54,087 bases of DNA from a virus (taxonomy: Duplodnaviria; Caudoviricetes), in the IMG/VR virus record IMGVR_UViG_3300037350_000041, positions 1 to 54,087 of that record; one strand, written 5' to 3'. This document shows positions 27,251-37,216 of this stretch, one piece after another (positions within the stretch are counted from its first letter, which is position 1; every line of letters starts with the position of its first letter). A program made the position numbers and the translations under genes. The notes beneath the pieces were generated by a model, which worked only from the letters and a program-made list of their open reading frames with translations, searched no databases and had not been told where the DNA came from.

Positions 27251-27727
27251 ATGCCGACACCGAACCAGAACACGTTCGACCTGACGCCTCCGCGGCGCCC
27301 TGCCATCGCCGATCTCGGCGGCGGGCAGAAGGTGAACGGCATCAACAAGCCCGACCCCGTGCGGATGCCCACCGCGGAGGATTGGAACCAGTTCGGATTC
27401 CAGATCGAGGCGGCGAATCGCGTTCTTCCCGTGCTCCGGATCGTCGTGACCTACGACGGCGGCGGCAACCCGATCGTCTCGGCGGTGCAATCGCAGCGCT
27501 CGGGTGTTCTGACATCCGACGTGTTGCCGACCAAGAACGGCACGGGCGACATCTCGCTCGACTACACGCTCGCGAACTTCCCCGCGCCAGCCGCGCCGCC
27601 CTGCGCGCACATCAACGGATCGACGCCTGGATTCTGCGCCGCCGTCATCACTGGCACGGGCGTCCGGGTGCACACGAACAACGCTGCAGGCGCGCTTCAG
27701 TTGGCGTTCTCGGTGGACATCTACTGA
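27251..27727 (+). CDS. Baseplate/tail structural protein
   Basis: 158-aa beta-rich ORF coupled to neighbours. Confidence 0.65.
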   Translation: MPTPNQNTFDLTPPRRPAIADLGGGQKVNGINKPDPVRMPTAEDWNQFGFQIEAANRVLPVLRIVVTYDGGGNPIVSAVQSQRSGVLTSDVLPTKNGTGDISLDYTLANFPAPAAPPCAHINGSTPGFCAAVITGTGVRVHTNNAAGALQLAFSVDIY

Positions 27728-28686
27728 TGCCGGAGTGCAGCGCGTTCACCGAGTTTGGGCTCTTCGAGTTCAGCTCGGACGCGCCCTTGCCGGAGCGCAT
27801 CTACGATGCGATCTGGGCGAACCTCGGCGAGCAGAACTTCGCCAAGGACGGCGGCTACACCGACGCGAAGGTCTACGCCTGGGCAATGGGCCTCGCGCGC
27901 GGGCTCCGCATGATGTCGTACGTGGGCGACCAGGTTTCGCCCGACACCGTGCTCGATCTGCTCCCGGCGCGTGAGTACGAGTTCGGCATCATCGCGGCGG
28001 CGTCGGCCGAGATCGCAGACCGTCGCGGCGAGCTCGCGGCGGCGATGATCCTCGCGGGCGGAGGCACGTACGGCAACATCTCCGCCGGGCTGACCGCGCT
28101 CCTCGGCTCCGACTTCGTGTCTCTCCGGGTGTGCAGCAACGCCGAGACCGTGACATCGCCCGTCGCTCCCGAGACGGTGGGCACGTGGCCGGCGCCGAGC
28201 ATCACGCGCAAGGTCGCTCGCATCTCATCGCCGATCTCGAATCTCGGATCGCAGGAGGTGAGCTACGTCGATCTCGACGGCTCCTCGCGGGCCACATCGA
28301 TCCTCTCCACCGGTGACCGCGTGTACGTCGCCGACGCGAACTACGAGCGGATCGAGAGCGTGGTTCTGACCGCGGCGAACGATTCGTTTTTCACCGCGAC
28401 CTTCACCCAGCCGCACGACACCTTCACGGCGATCGGGACGCACGCCTTCCCGTTCTGGGTGAGCACGCGGCGCATCCTGATCGTGGCTTTGAACGCCACT
28501 GCGTCGAAGGACGCGGTGAAGCGGGCGAAGGTGCACCGATACATGGCCAAGGCCGTGGGCTCGACGACGCAGTGGGCGATCGCGGCCATCCAGGGACACC
28601 TCGCCACGACGATCGGCCCGTTCGAGCTCGATTCCACGGGCCAGGGCGTCCTCGACGACACGCCGCTCGGGCAGCTGAGCATCTGA
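27727..28686 (+). CDS. Baseplate wedge (Mu gp48/gpI-like)
   Basis: TGATG start; PDTVLDLLP..E.EFGI........RR..L.A. Confidence 0.75.
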   Translation: MPECSAFTEFGLFEFSSDAPLPERIYDAIWANLGEQNFAKDGGYTDAKVYAWAMGLARGLRMMSYVGDQVSPDTVLDLLPAREYEFGIIAAASAEIADRRGELAAAMILAGGGTYGNISAGLTALLGSDFVSLRVCSNAETVTSPVAPETVGTWPAPSITRKVARISSPISNLGSQEVSYVDLDGSSRATSILSTGDRVYVADANYERIESVVLTAANDSFFTATFTQPHDTFTAIGTHAFPFWVSTRRILIVALNATASKDAVKRAKVHRYMAKAVGSTTQWAIAAIQGHLATTIGPFELDSTGQGVLDDTPLGQLSI

Positions 28687-28695
28687 GGCAAACGC

Positions 28696-30018
28696 ATGAG
28701 CTTCTCCAGAATTCGGCCGGTGTTGTCGTGGACACCGCTCTCGGTGCTCCTCTCATCGGAGATGAACGCGTTCGACACGAACCAGTCGCGCGCCGTGGAT
28801 GGTTTCGCGGGCGGCGCCTACGCGCCCTCGACACCGATCGTCACCGGCGGCTCCGGTCACTGGATCACGTCGCTCTCGATCGTGAAGAGCGGCGGCGAGT
28901 GGAAGTGGGAGAGCGGCGCGCACCTCCTCGGCCTCGCTGGCTCGGTGCTCGAATGGGCTGGCGAGGCAACCTTCGAGACGGGCGTCGTCACGTTCACCAG
29001 CGGCGCGGTCGTCTCCGGCGGCACGGTGCAATTCGAGACTGGATCGATCCTCCAGATCCAAACCGGCTCGCAGATCGCCTGCGCGGCGCCGGTGCTGCTG
29101 GTCAACGGCGGCACCGCTTCGTTCGGCACGCAGTCGGGCGTCACGTCGACGTTCGCCGGGCCGATCGCGCTCTCGAACACCATCACATGCTCCGGCGCCG
29201 GCCCGCACATCGCGGGCACGTGCAACGTCGGCGGGAATCTCGAGATCGTCTCCGGCGGCGTGTTCGACGTGGAGAGCGGCGGCCTCGGGCGCGTGCTCTC
29301 GGGCGGGACGTGGACGTTTCAGGCGGGGAGCACGTGCAACCTGTTGGCGCCGCTGGTGTCGAGCGGGTCGGGTCGGGTGACGAAGAGGTATGTCGCCGGC
29401 CCGGACTCGATCGCAACCTACGGCGGACCCCAGGCCGACATCGTGAACGCGGCGGCGATCACGACGGGCCGCACGTATACGCTAACGGCAACGGGCGGCG
29501 TCTCGGGTGACATGATCTGGTTCCTGAATCCGACCGCTCACGTGCTCACGATCGTGAACGATTCGTCCGTCACCTACACCACGATCGCCAGCTCAGGATC
29601 CGGCGCAATCAACGCCGCTCAGTTCGTGTTCAACGGCGTCGACTGGACGCTCGTCTCGTACAGCAAGCAGCCGTTACGAGCAGCACGCGAACGTTCCGCC
29701 AGGCATCGATCGAGCACACCCCGGCGGGTCATTGCCAACGGGGCAGAAATACGCCCGTCCGGCATGGCAACCGGGATCCATATCGGGCGTCGCATCGCAC
29801 CCAGGAAACGGATCGGCCGCTCCACCAGCCCCCGCGCTACCCGAGTCCCCACCCGCTCCCGTTCCTCCCCCGCTTCCTCCCGCGTTGTTCGCGCACAGGC
29901 AGTCGATGTACCCGCTCCCGTCCTCCTTGCACGCCTGCACCCCGAGCCGCCCGTCGAAGCAATTGCACGTTTCGGTCTTCCCCGGCACGCACGCCTCTTG
30001 CGCAGCGCCGCCCGCTGA
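28696..30018 (+). CDS. Tail fibre/baseplate-associated protein; coherent portion ends near 29673
   Basis: Gly/Ser/Thr beta-rich sequence to FNGVDWTLVSYSKQP; remainder is an Arg/Pro-rich antisense shadow of 29674-30114. Confidence 0.7.
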   Translation: MSFSRIRPVLSWTPLSVLLSSEMNAFDTNQSRAVDGFAGGAYAPSTPIVTGGSGHWITSLSIVKSGGEWKWESGAHLLGLAGSVLEWAGEATFETGVVTFTSGAVVSGGTVQFETGSILQIQTGSQIACAAPVLLVNGGTASFGTQSGVTSTFAGPIALSNTITCSGAGPHIAGTCNVGGNLEIVSGGVFDVESGGLGRVLSGGTWTFQAGSTCNLLAPLVSSGSGRVTKRYVAGPDSIATYGGPQADIVNAAAITTGRTYTLTATGGVSGDMIWFLNPTAHVLTIVNDSSVTYTTIASSGSGAINAAQFVFNGVDWTLVSYSKQPLRAARERSARHRSSTPRRVIANGAEIRPSGMATGIHIGRRIAPRKRIGRSTSPRATRVPTRSRSSPASSRVVRAQAVDVPAPVLLARLHPEPPVEAIARFGLPRHARLLRSAAR

Positions 30019-30114
30019 CGAGCCCACGGGGGCGTTGGGCGAGTCGGACGAGCCGCAGGCCGGGGCGAGCAGAGACAGGGCCAGGACGGCGGCAAGGCGG
30101 CGCAGCGTAGACAT
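29674..30114 (-). CDS. Cys/Gly-rich lipoprotein (moron)
   Basis: MSTLRRLAAVLALSLLAPA-C lipobox; CVPG....C.C..G..G.Q.C..DGSGY..C.C module, Gly linker, second Cys module. Confidence 0.85.
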   Translation of the reverse strand: MSTLRRLAAVLALSLLAPACGSSDSPNAPVGSSAGGAAQEACVPGKTETCNCFDGRLGVQACKEDGSGYIDCLCANNAGGSGGGTGAGGDSGSAGAGGAADPFPGCDATPDMDPGCHAGRAYFCPVGNDPPGCARSMPGGTFACCS

Positions 30115-30357
30115 GCCCCCGATCGTGCGGACGGTCGTCCCGAGACGCAAGGGACAACGTCCGTCCAGTACCAGACGTCCCGAATAGGGACGGATCACAG
30201 CATTCCAGGTGCGCGGGGTTCCCTCCCACCGCGCATCGCTCTCCCCACGCCCGTCCGCCGGGCACCCCACCGCGCTCTGACCTGAGCGCACCACGACAGC
30301 GCGACGGCTCGCCCTCACCCGGCGGGCCGTTGGCGTTTTGTCCGAACGGATCCGCCC

Positions 30358-33318
30358 ATGACCGTCGTCGTCACTCTCCAGGTCGCCAGAAATGGCGGCA
30401 GCCCAGCGACCGGCGGGATCACCGCGGCCGGCGGCGACGTGATCCACATGTCGCTCGCGTCGCTGAGCGGCATCGGCGCGGTCAAGTGGCGCATCTACGG
30501 CTTCCCGCCTGGGTACACCGTACCGTCGGGTTGGCTCACCGATTCGGACGGCACCTACTACGCGATCACGAACGGATCGCCGCCGACCGACATCACGCTT
30601 CCGAGCACGGCTGTGCGCTGGGGCAAGTGGCTCCTCCAGGCGATCGCGAACGATGATGCGACGCTTGAGGATTCGGCGACGGCGGTGCAGACGCTTTCGC
30701 CGAGCGGTCTCAAAGACACGACGCCGCTCGAGGCGCAGCAGTTCACCGGCGGCTACGCGCGCGGGCAGCAAGACAACTGGCGCATTGTCGAGACCCTGAC
30801 CACGGGCGGCACTCCGACGACGGTCGCGATGGGCGGCGACGTGTCCGGCTCGAGCAACGCGGCCACGGTCGCGAAGATCCGCGGGCTCGCGATCGACACC
30901 GTGGCGCCGACCGATGGGCAGGTGGCGACGTGGGAAGCGGCGAGCTCCAAGGTCAAGTGGAAGACCCCCGCGTCGGGGTCGTTCTCCGGCAACGCGACGT
31001 CGATCCAGGGAAACCCGGTGGTGCCGGCAGCGGCGTCGATCGGCGACGGGCAGACGTACGTCTACGACGACGCCGACTCGCAACTCGAAGGCTCGTGGAT
31101 CCGCGCGACGAGCGAGGCGGCGATCCAGAAGAGCCTGACCGGCCTCTCCGGCACCGTCACGATCCTGCAAGCGACCGACGAGTGGCGCGGCGTCGGCGGC
31201 TCGGGCGGGCGCGTCTTCATCTTCACCGGCGCGCCCACCGGGAACGTCCACATCGTCACGCCACAGCCTGACGTGGCCGGTGGGATGTTCATCCTCTACG
31301 GCGTCGACAGCACGACCGGCGGGCACACGATCGACGTCAACGGCGTCAACCTCGTGCACGGCTCGGAGGTCAAGGTCCGCGGGCTCGGCAACGGCGCGAC
31401 CGTCGACTGGCTCGCGATCTCAGCGTCGGCCGGCGTCGCCTCACTCAACGCCCTCACTGGCGCGCTCTCGATCGTCGCCGGCAGCAACGTCACCGTTACG
31501 CCCAGCGGGTCGAACATCACGATCGCCTCGACGGGCGGAGGTGGTGGCGGCACCGAGTACAACTACGACCTCACCGGTCTATCCGGCACGATCAGCTCGA
31601 GCGCCGCGCTCACCCTCGCGAAGGCAGCGAGCGTCGTCGTTTTCAGCGGCGCACCGTCGGGCGCCGTCAATATCGTGTTCGGCACGCCGGCGACGGTGTT
31701 CGCACAGCGACGCATCGACAGCACCACCGGTGGCCACGCGATCAGCAACGACAGCAACGCGATCGTTGTGTCCACCTGGTATCTCGCGACCTACAACCCC
31801 GTTACGGTCGCCTGGGAGCTCGTCGGCGAGACGGTGCTTTCCGGCACTGGCGTCGTCGTCGCAGCCTCGGGCGTCCCGTCCGTCTCGGCGACCCTGAACC
31901 TCGCGCTCGCCGCCAACGCCTACCAGCTCGGCGGCGTCGCGGCGCTCGGCGGGACGGGCACCGCGCTCGTGGTCGGGGCGGCGGGAACCTGGACGACTGT
32001 CACGCTCCAGAACAGCGCATCGGGCGGAGCAGAGTGGGGCCTCTACGCAGGGCCATCTAGCCCGGCCCCGTTCTTCGGAACGAACGCTGCGACGGCCACG
32101 CTCGGCGGCGGCCTTCAGGTCGGCGTGCAGCGACCAACGGGGCTCAACGCGGCCGGCTGCAACCTCGATCTACTCGTCGCTCCTAGCAACGGATCTGGCG
32201 CGCCTCCGCTGTTCCGAATCTGGGCGCCCGCGCCGGCCGGGGGAAGCGGCTCATCGTCGAACAACTACGCCGTCAACCCTGCAATCCAGGTTGTCGCGGC
32301 CGGTGGAACCAAAGGCGCCGTTCAGATCAACTTCCCGAATGGGACGGGCGTCTCCAGCGGCGTCGACCACGACGTCAACGGCCTCAGTCGCACGACGAAT
32401 CTCCGTGTGACGGCACTCGGATCCGGCGTCGCTCACCTTGACGCGAGCGGCAACGTCACGTCGAGCGCCGTCGTCCTCGGCACGGACACGAGCGGATCGC
32501 TCACGATCGCCGGAGACGTCACCGGCAACACCGGCGCGAGCGTCGTTTCCAAGGTCAACGGCGCGACCATCCCGACGATCGGCACCGCGTACCAGGGTCT
32601 CCGAGTCAACTCCGGTGCGTCAGCTCTGGAATACGCCGACCCGACGATCGACACGTACGTCACGCTTTCGATCGCTGGCGGCGCAGGCACGTCCACGCTC
32701 TCCTCGGCGCAAGAGATCTGCGGATCGATCGAGGTGTCTGGCGCAATCACGGGCAACCGGATCGTGCAGACGACCAGCACCCTCGCGAACATGAATGGGG
32801 CTCGAAAGCGCATACGAAACATCACGACGGGCGGCGGGTTCTACGTCACTTTCCAGTGTCCGACGGGGACGAGCATCTTCATCCCGCGCAACACGAACGG
32901 AGCGTGGATCGAGATCGAGTGCGACGGAGTGGGTTGGAACTACGTCGGTGCCGGTGGCGGATTCTTGCTCCAGGCGTCGGTCACGACCAGCGTAGCGGGC
33001 GGCGCTGATACGCAGCTCGACGCCTTCCCCGCAGGCTGGAACATTGTTCGCGCCGCGATCCTCGTGACGACCGCGGAGGTCGGCCACACGACACTCACGG
33101 ATGAGGTTTCCACCGCGACCGGCGGCGCCGGCGATCTCGTGGTGGCGGCGACACCAGGCGCGCTCAATGCGCAGCGAATCAGCGACGGCAGCAAGTTCAC
33201 TGGTGCCCCCTACGAAGCCATCAACGCGACGCAGATTTGGTACAAGTGCGCCGGCACGGGCACGTCGAGCACGCCGGGCGTGTCGATGGTCTCTTACGGC
33301 ATCGTCGCGGTGAAGTGA
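30358..33318 (+). CDS. Long tail fibre/adhesin
   Basis: 986 aa, G/T/S/A-rich; repeated GDV[ST]G....V.K modules and LTGLSGT...F[TS]GAP[TS]G...DSTTGGH modules. Confidence 0.8.
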   Translation: MTVVVTLQVARNGGSPATGGITAAGGDVIHMSLASLSGIGAVKWRIYGFPPGYTVPSGWLTDSDGTYYAITNGSPPTDITLPSTAVRWGKWLLQAIANDDATLEDSATAVQTLSPSGLKDTTPLEAQQFTGGYARGQQDNWRIVETLTTGGTPTTVAMGGDVSGSSNAATVAKIRGLAIDTVAPTDGQVATWEAASSKVKWKTPASGSFSGNATSIQGNPVVPAAASIGDGQTYVYDDADSQLEGSWIRATSEAAIQKSLTGLSGTVTILQATDEWRGVGGSGGRVFIFTGAPTGNVHIVTPQPDVAGGMFILYGVDSTTGGHTIDVNGVNLVHGSEVKVRGLGNGATVDWLAISASAGVASLNALTGALSIVAGSNVTVTPSGSNITIASTGGGGGGTEYNYDLTGLSGTISSSAALTLAKAASVVVFSGAPSGAVNIVFGTPATVFAQRRIDSTTGGHAISNDSNAIVVSTWYLATYNPVTVAWELVGETVLSGTGVVVAASGVPSVSATLNLALAANAYQLGGVAALGGTGTALVVGAAGTWTTVTLQNSASGGAEWGLYAGPSSPAPFFGTNAATATLGGGLQVGVQRPTGLNAAGCNLDLLVAPSNGSGAPPLFRIWAPAPAGGSGSSSNNYAVNPAIQVVAAGGTKGAVQINFPNGTGVSSGVDHDVNGLSRTTNLRVTALGSGVAHLDASGNVTSSAVVLGTDTSGSLTIAGDVTGNTGASVVSKVNGATIPTIGTAYQGLRVNSGASALEYADPTIDTYVTLSIAGGAGTSTLSSAQEICGSIEVSGAITGNRIVQTTSTLANMNGARKRIRNITTGGGFYVTFQCPTGTSIFIPRNTNGAWIEIECDGVGWNYVGAGGGFLLQASVTTSVAGGADTQLDAFPAGWNIVRAAILVTTAEVGHTTLTDEVSTATGGAGDLVVAATPGALNAQRISDGSKFTGAPYEAINATQIWYKCAGTGTSSTPGVSMVSYGIVAVK

Positions 33319-34232
33319 TGAGCCAACTCACGCTCATTCGCGAAGAAGCGGCGCGATCCGCGTCGTTCCGCCGCGCGATCAAAGCTGGAACGCTCACCGA
33401 GTACGAAGTCGATCGGATCCTGTGGGCCGGCGGGGCGTGTCCGGCTGGGCTCCTGCGCACATCGCGCCCCAAGACGCCCGCATGGACCCCAGCGTCCGCA
33501 GCCACCATCAAGTATTGGCTGAACCCTAACGACTCCTCGAAGGTTTTCTCGGACACCGCGGGGACGACGCCGGCTGTCAGCGGGACCGCGGGCGGGCTCG
33601 CGCGCATCAACGATTCCTCGGGCGCTGGGCTGTGCACCGGCGGCGTGATCCAGGCGACGTCCGGCAATCGCCCAACGTGGACCAGCAGCGACGCGAACTG
33701 CAACAGCAAGGGGTCGATCCAATCTCCCACCGGCGGCGTGTCGTCGAAGGTCTTGCAGCTCGCGGCGTTCGCCGGAGCGGTGACGATTCCGCAGCCGTGG
33801 AGCCGCGTAATCGGCGTGTACAACTCGACCGGCACTACCAACAACGCCGTGTTCTGCGACTCGGACGCGACCGAGAGCGGGTACATGCGCGCCGACGCGT
33901 CGACGGGCAATCTCACTGTGTACACCGGCGGCGGCGGCGGTGGTGGGCTGCTCACGACGAGCGTGAGCGGCGCTGGGTTTCACATTTACGTGCTCGTCGG
34001 CAACGGCGCTTCGTCCGCACTGCGCAAGGACGGCGCTAGTGTCACCCTGACCGGGACCAAGGGAACATCGGCGTTCAGCGGCATCACGACAGGTGACAAC
34101 TATCTCGGCCCAGCCACTGGCATCAGCGGCGCGATCGCGTTCGATTCTCTGTATGGCGAGGACGTGATCGGGTCAGGTCTCATCACCACGATCGATATCT
34201 GGGCCTTTGCTCTCTACGGAGTCCACGCATGA
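33318..34232 (+). CDS. LamG/concanavalin-like virion protein
   Basis: WTPA......WL...D......D..GTTP......ND.SG.G....QAT..NRPT motif. Confidence 0.7.
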   Translation: MSQLTLIREEAARSASFRRAIKAGTLTEYEVDRILWAGGACPAGLLRTSRPKTPAWTPASAATIKYWLNPNDSSKVFSDTAGTTPAVSGTAGGLARINDSSGAGLCTGGVIQATSGNRPTWTSSDANCNSKGSIQSPTGGVSSKVLQLAAFAGAVTIPQPWSRVIGVYNSTGTTNNAVFCDSDATESGYMRADASTGNLTVYTGGGGGGGLLTTSVSGAGFHIYVLVGNGASSALRKDGASVTLTGTKGTSAFSGITTGDNYLGPATGISGAIAFDSLYGEDVIGSGLITTIDIWAFALYGVHA

Positions 34233-35899
34233 GCGTTGGTTTGCGAATGGCGACGCCGGCGACGTACACCGCCCCGGTCTTCCCACCACCCACGAAGACG
34301 AACATCGTCGGCGACGGGAACTCGATCATGCACGCTGCCAACTCGGGCGGCTACACCGTGATCACGCCTGTTCAGATGGTCGCGATTCAGTCCACTCAAA
34401 CGGGGTGGGGTTCGGTCTCGAATAGCTACGTCGACATCTCGGTCTCAGGCCAGACGATTGACGACATGATCACGCGGGCGCCGACGTTCCTTCAGCCCGC
34501 GTTCGACTCGACGAGCGGGATGCAAAACATCCTACTCGTGTACGAGCTGACCAACCAGATCGGCGTCGAACTGTCGGCGCTCGCGGCCAGTGCGTGGACG
34601 CAGGCGCAGATCGCGACCGCTGCGGCAAATGCGGTGGCGAAGCTCTGGACATACTGCGGTATGGCGCGCGGGTACGGTTTCGGCGGCTCGACGGGAAAGA
34701 TCATTGTCAACACCCTGATCAACCGTACGAGCGCGGCGGACTTGTCGGTGACCGCGGCGACGAACGCGAGCCCGATCGTGGTGACCACCGCGAGCGCGCA
34801 CGGACGTTCTCCGGGCGATACGGTGATCATCTCCGACTGCGCCGGGAACACGGCGGCAAACGGCACGTGGGTGCTCTCTGCGGCGTCTGGGTCGTCGATG
34901 ACACTCACCGGCTCGACCGGCAACGGCGCATACTCTGGAGGCGGGTACTACCGCGCGTTCTGGGAGTGCGCGCAGATCGCGAATGCGCTCGTTCTAGCGA
35001 ACTACGCGTCACACTGCGACGGCGTGGCGGACTGCGGCGCCGATTCTTTCATCGGCGGCGTGTCGGGGCGACTCAACACAAATTACATGCAGTCCGACGG
35101 GACCCACCCCTTCTACGAGGGCGAGTGCCTCATCGCATCGGCGTACATGGACGCGCTCGATGCCGCGTACTCGGTCGCGTGGCACCCGATGCACGGTCCT
35201 GGCGTGCAGTACGGTTGGGATCTTGCGCAGCCGATCTCCGATTTCAAGGACACGGCAGCATCGCCCGCCACCGTCGTCGACCTCGGTTACGTCGGCAAGG
35301 TGCTGGGCTACGGAATCCAGTCCGGAGGTCGCACCGTCTACGCGACGAGCCCGGATGCTGGGGCGGGGACAACGACGCATTCCTGGCAGTACAATGCCAC
35401 AGGTCTCAACGGAAAGCCGTCGCTCTTCTCCAGCGACGGCGCGCGGAAGATCACGACGCCGAATCTCACCAGGGGCGTATATTTTGAATGCGTCTTCGGA
35501 TCGATCGGAGCGACGGCGGGGTACCTCAGCCAGTTCGATTCTGGGTACGGCTATTTCTACGCCGCGAACGGCGACAGCGCCTACGCGAGCGACGGGACGT
35601 TTGCGAGCGCGATCGACGTGACCAGCGGGCAGCCGTGGATCAATGACGGCCTGCGAACGTACATGCGCCAGTACGGCGGGACGCACGCGACCCACCAAAT
35701 TTGGCGTAGCAACGTTCTGCAGGCCACGACAACCATCACCGGCAACAATCCGAGCCCAGCTGATACTACGCGCACGTGGATGCTCGGTGGTACCGCGAGC
35801 GGCAGCGTAATGAACGCGAAACTGGCTCTCGTCGCGTCGTGCGAATGGTCGTCGGCGAGGCGAACGAAACTAGAAACCTACTGCGCTGGGATTGCGTGA
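34229..35899 (+). CDS. SGNH/GDSL esterase-domain virion protein with inserted beta domain and lectin-like C-terminus
   Basis: GDGNSI (block I), SGQT (II), ELTNQ (III), SDGTHP (V); insert VTAATNASPIVVTT..AHG...GDTV.I. Confidence 0.75.
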   Translation: MSVGLRMATPATYTAPVFPPPTKTNIVGDGNSIMHAANSGGYTVITPVQMVAIQSTQTGWGSVSNSYVDISVSGQTIDDMITRAPTFLQPAFDSTSGMQNILLVYELTNQIGVELSALAASAWTQAQIATAAANAVAKLWTYCGMARGYGFGGSTGKIIVNTLINRTSAADLSVTAATNASPIVVTTASAHGRSPGDTVIISDCAGNTAANGTWVLSAASGSSMTLTGSTGNGAYSGGGYYRAFWECAQIANALVLANYASHCDGVADCGADSFIGGVSGRLNTNYMQSDGTHPFYEGECLIASAYMDALDAAYSVAWHPMHGPGVQYGWDLAQPISDFKDTAASPATVVDLGYVGKVLGYGIQSGGRTVYATSPDAGAGTTTHSWQYNATGLNGKPSLFSSDGARKITTPNLTRGVYFECVFGSIGATAGYLSQFDSGYGYFYAANGDSAYASDGTFASAIDVTSGQPWINDGLRTYMRQYGGTHATHQIWRSNVLQATTTITGNNPSPADTTRTWMLGGTASGSVMNAKLALVASCEWSSARRTKLETYCAGIA

Positions 35900-36474
35900 T
35901 GACACAAAACGGCGACACGCCTCCGCACGGCTCCCGCAACCCGTTCCCACCTGCGAGCGACAACTCGCCACCAGGCGGCATGAAGCTCGACGACGACGTG
36001 CACGAGGAGATCGCGAAAGCGGTCGGTTTCGGGCGGCGCCTCGACAACGTGGAGAAGGCGGTGCTCCAGGTCGGGGTGAACTCCAGTGAGCAGTACGACG
36101 CTCTCGCCGCGTCGGTGCAGGCGGTCCACGACACCACGAGCGAGCAAGGGAAGCATCTCGCGAGCATCGACGAGAGCATCGGCGGGATCGCTAGGGACCT
36201 CGCGTCACTCGTGCGCAGTGCCAGCGAGGCGCGCACCACCAATTCAAACGAGACCGAGATGGCGAAGGCTCGCGCCGATTCCGCCGTCATCGTCGCTGAG
36301 TCGGCCGAGCGCACGGCCAAGGCCGCGGAGTCCACGGCTGTCGTCGTGAAGAAGGCGGCGTCGGGCTGGCGCATCGCGTGGACCGTTGCGCTCCTCGTCG
36401 GCGGCGTCACCGGTGGGGCCTTCAAGGAGCAGATCATCGCAGCGCTTTCACGACTTCTCGGAGCACACCCATGA
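35899..36474 (+). CDS. Coiled-coil protein with C-terminal membrane helix (lysis module)
   Basis: Heptad region then IAWTVALLVGGVTGG; TGATG coupling. Confidence 0.6.
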   Translation: MTQNGDTPPHGSRNPFPPASDNSPPGGMKLDDDVHEEIAKAVGFGRRLDNVEKAVLQVGVNSSEQYDALAASVQAVHDTTSEQGKHLASIDESIGGIARDLASLVRSASEARTTNSNETEMAKARADSAVIVAESAERTAKAAESTAVVVKKAASGWRIAWTVALLVGGVTGGAFKEQIIAALSRLLGAHP

Positions 36475-36875
36475 TGGTTTACATTCACTCCGTTCTCGAG
36501 TGGTGCCTCGCGCACCCATCTGCGCCGGCTCTCCTCGCTGTTGTGCTCGGATGCACCGTGCTGAACGTGCTCCGCACCATCGCGACCCGGCAGACCGTTG
36601 GCGCCTGGGTCGCGTCGCATCAGAACGCCCGCGGCATCGGCGCTGTGCTGCGCTTCTCATCTGGCATCGGCCTCGATCCGGTGGACATCGTGGTGGGTCT
36701 CATCGACGCGGCGAGTTCGCTCGTGAACGCCTTCGCGAAGAGCCGCGGTCTGCCGGTACCCAGCGAGCCGCCGGCCGCCGACAAGGCGAGCGTGACCACG
36801 ACGGACACGCATACGGTGGAGGTCGCGCTCCCCAAGCCCGCGCCGCTGCCGCGCGAGGATCGAGGCGAGTCGTGA
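36471..36875 (+). CDS. Membrane protein, candidate holin
   Basis: Hydrophobic helices; position after tail genes. Confidence 0.5.
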   Translation: MMVYIHSVLEWCLAHPSAPALLAVVLGCTVLNVLRTIATRQTVGAWVASHQNARGIGAVLRFSSGIGLDPVDIVVGLIDAASSLVNAFAKSRGLPVPSEPPAADKASVTTTDTHTVEVALPKPAPLPREDRGES

Positions 36876-37216
36876 ACCGCGAAGTCGTCGCCGGGCACGC
36901 GTTCGTCATCTTCTTCGCGGTCGCGTTCACCGCGCTCTTCGCCGGGTGCGGGTGGATGCAGTCGCACCCCAACGTCGGCCCGGACGCCGCGGCCGACGCG
37001 CTTTGCATACTAGAGCACGCCGAGATGCCGCCGCTTCAGATCGCAGCAGCGTGCTCGATTCAGGAGCTGAAGACGATCACCGACATTCTGTCCGCCAAGG
37101 ACCGCGCGATGGGGCGCGATTGCGTGGACCCGGAGAAGGCGAAGCTCGTAGAGCGCGTTGAGGTTCTGGAGCGTGAACTGGCGCGCATGAAGGCCGCGAT
37201 CGTGGGGTCGCAATGA
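36872..37216 (+). CDS. Lipoprotein
   Basis: Hydrophobic signal ending LFAG-C; coiled-coil tail; GTGA coupling. Confidence 0.7.
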   Translation: MNREVVAGHAFVIFFAVAFTALFAGCGWMQSHPNVGPDAAADALCILEHAEMPPLQIAAACSIQELKTITDILSAKDRAMGRDCVDPEKAKLVERVEVLERELARMKAAIVGSQ

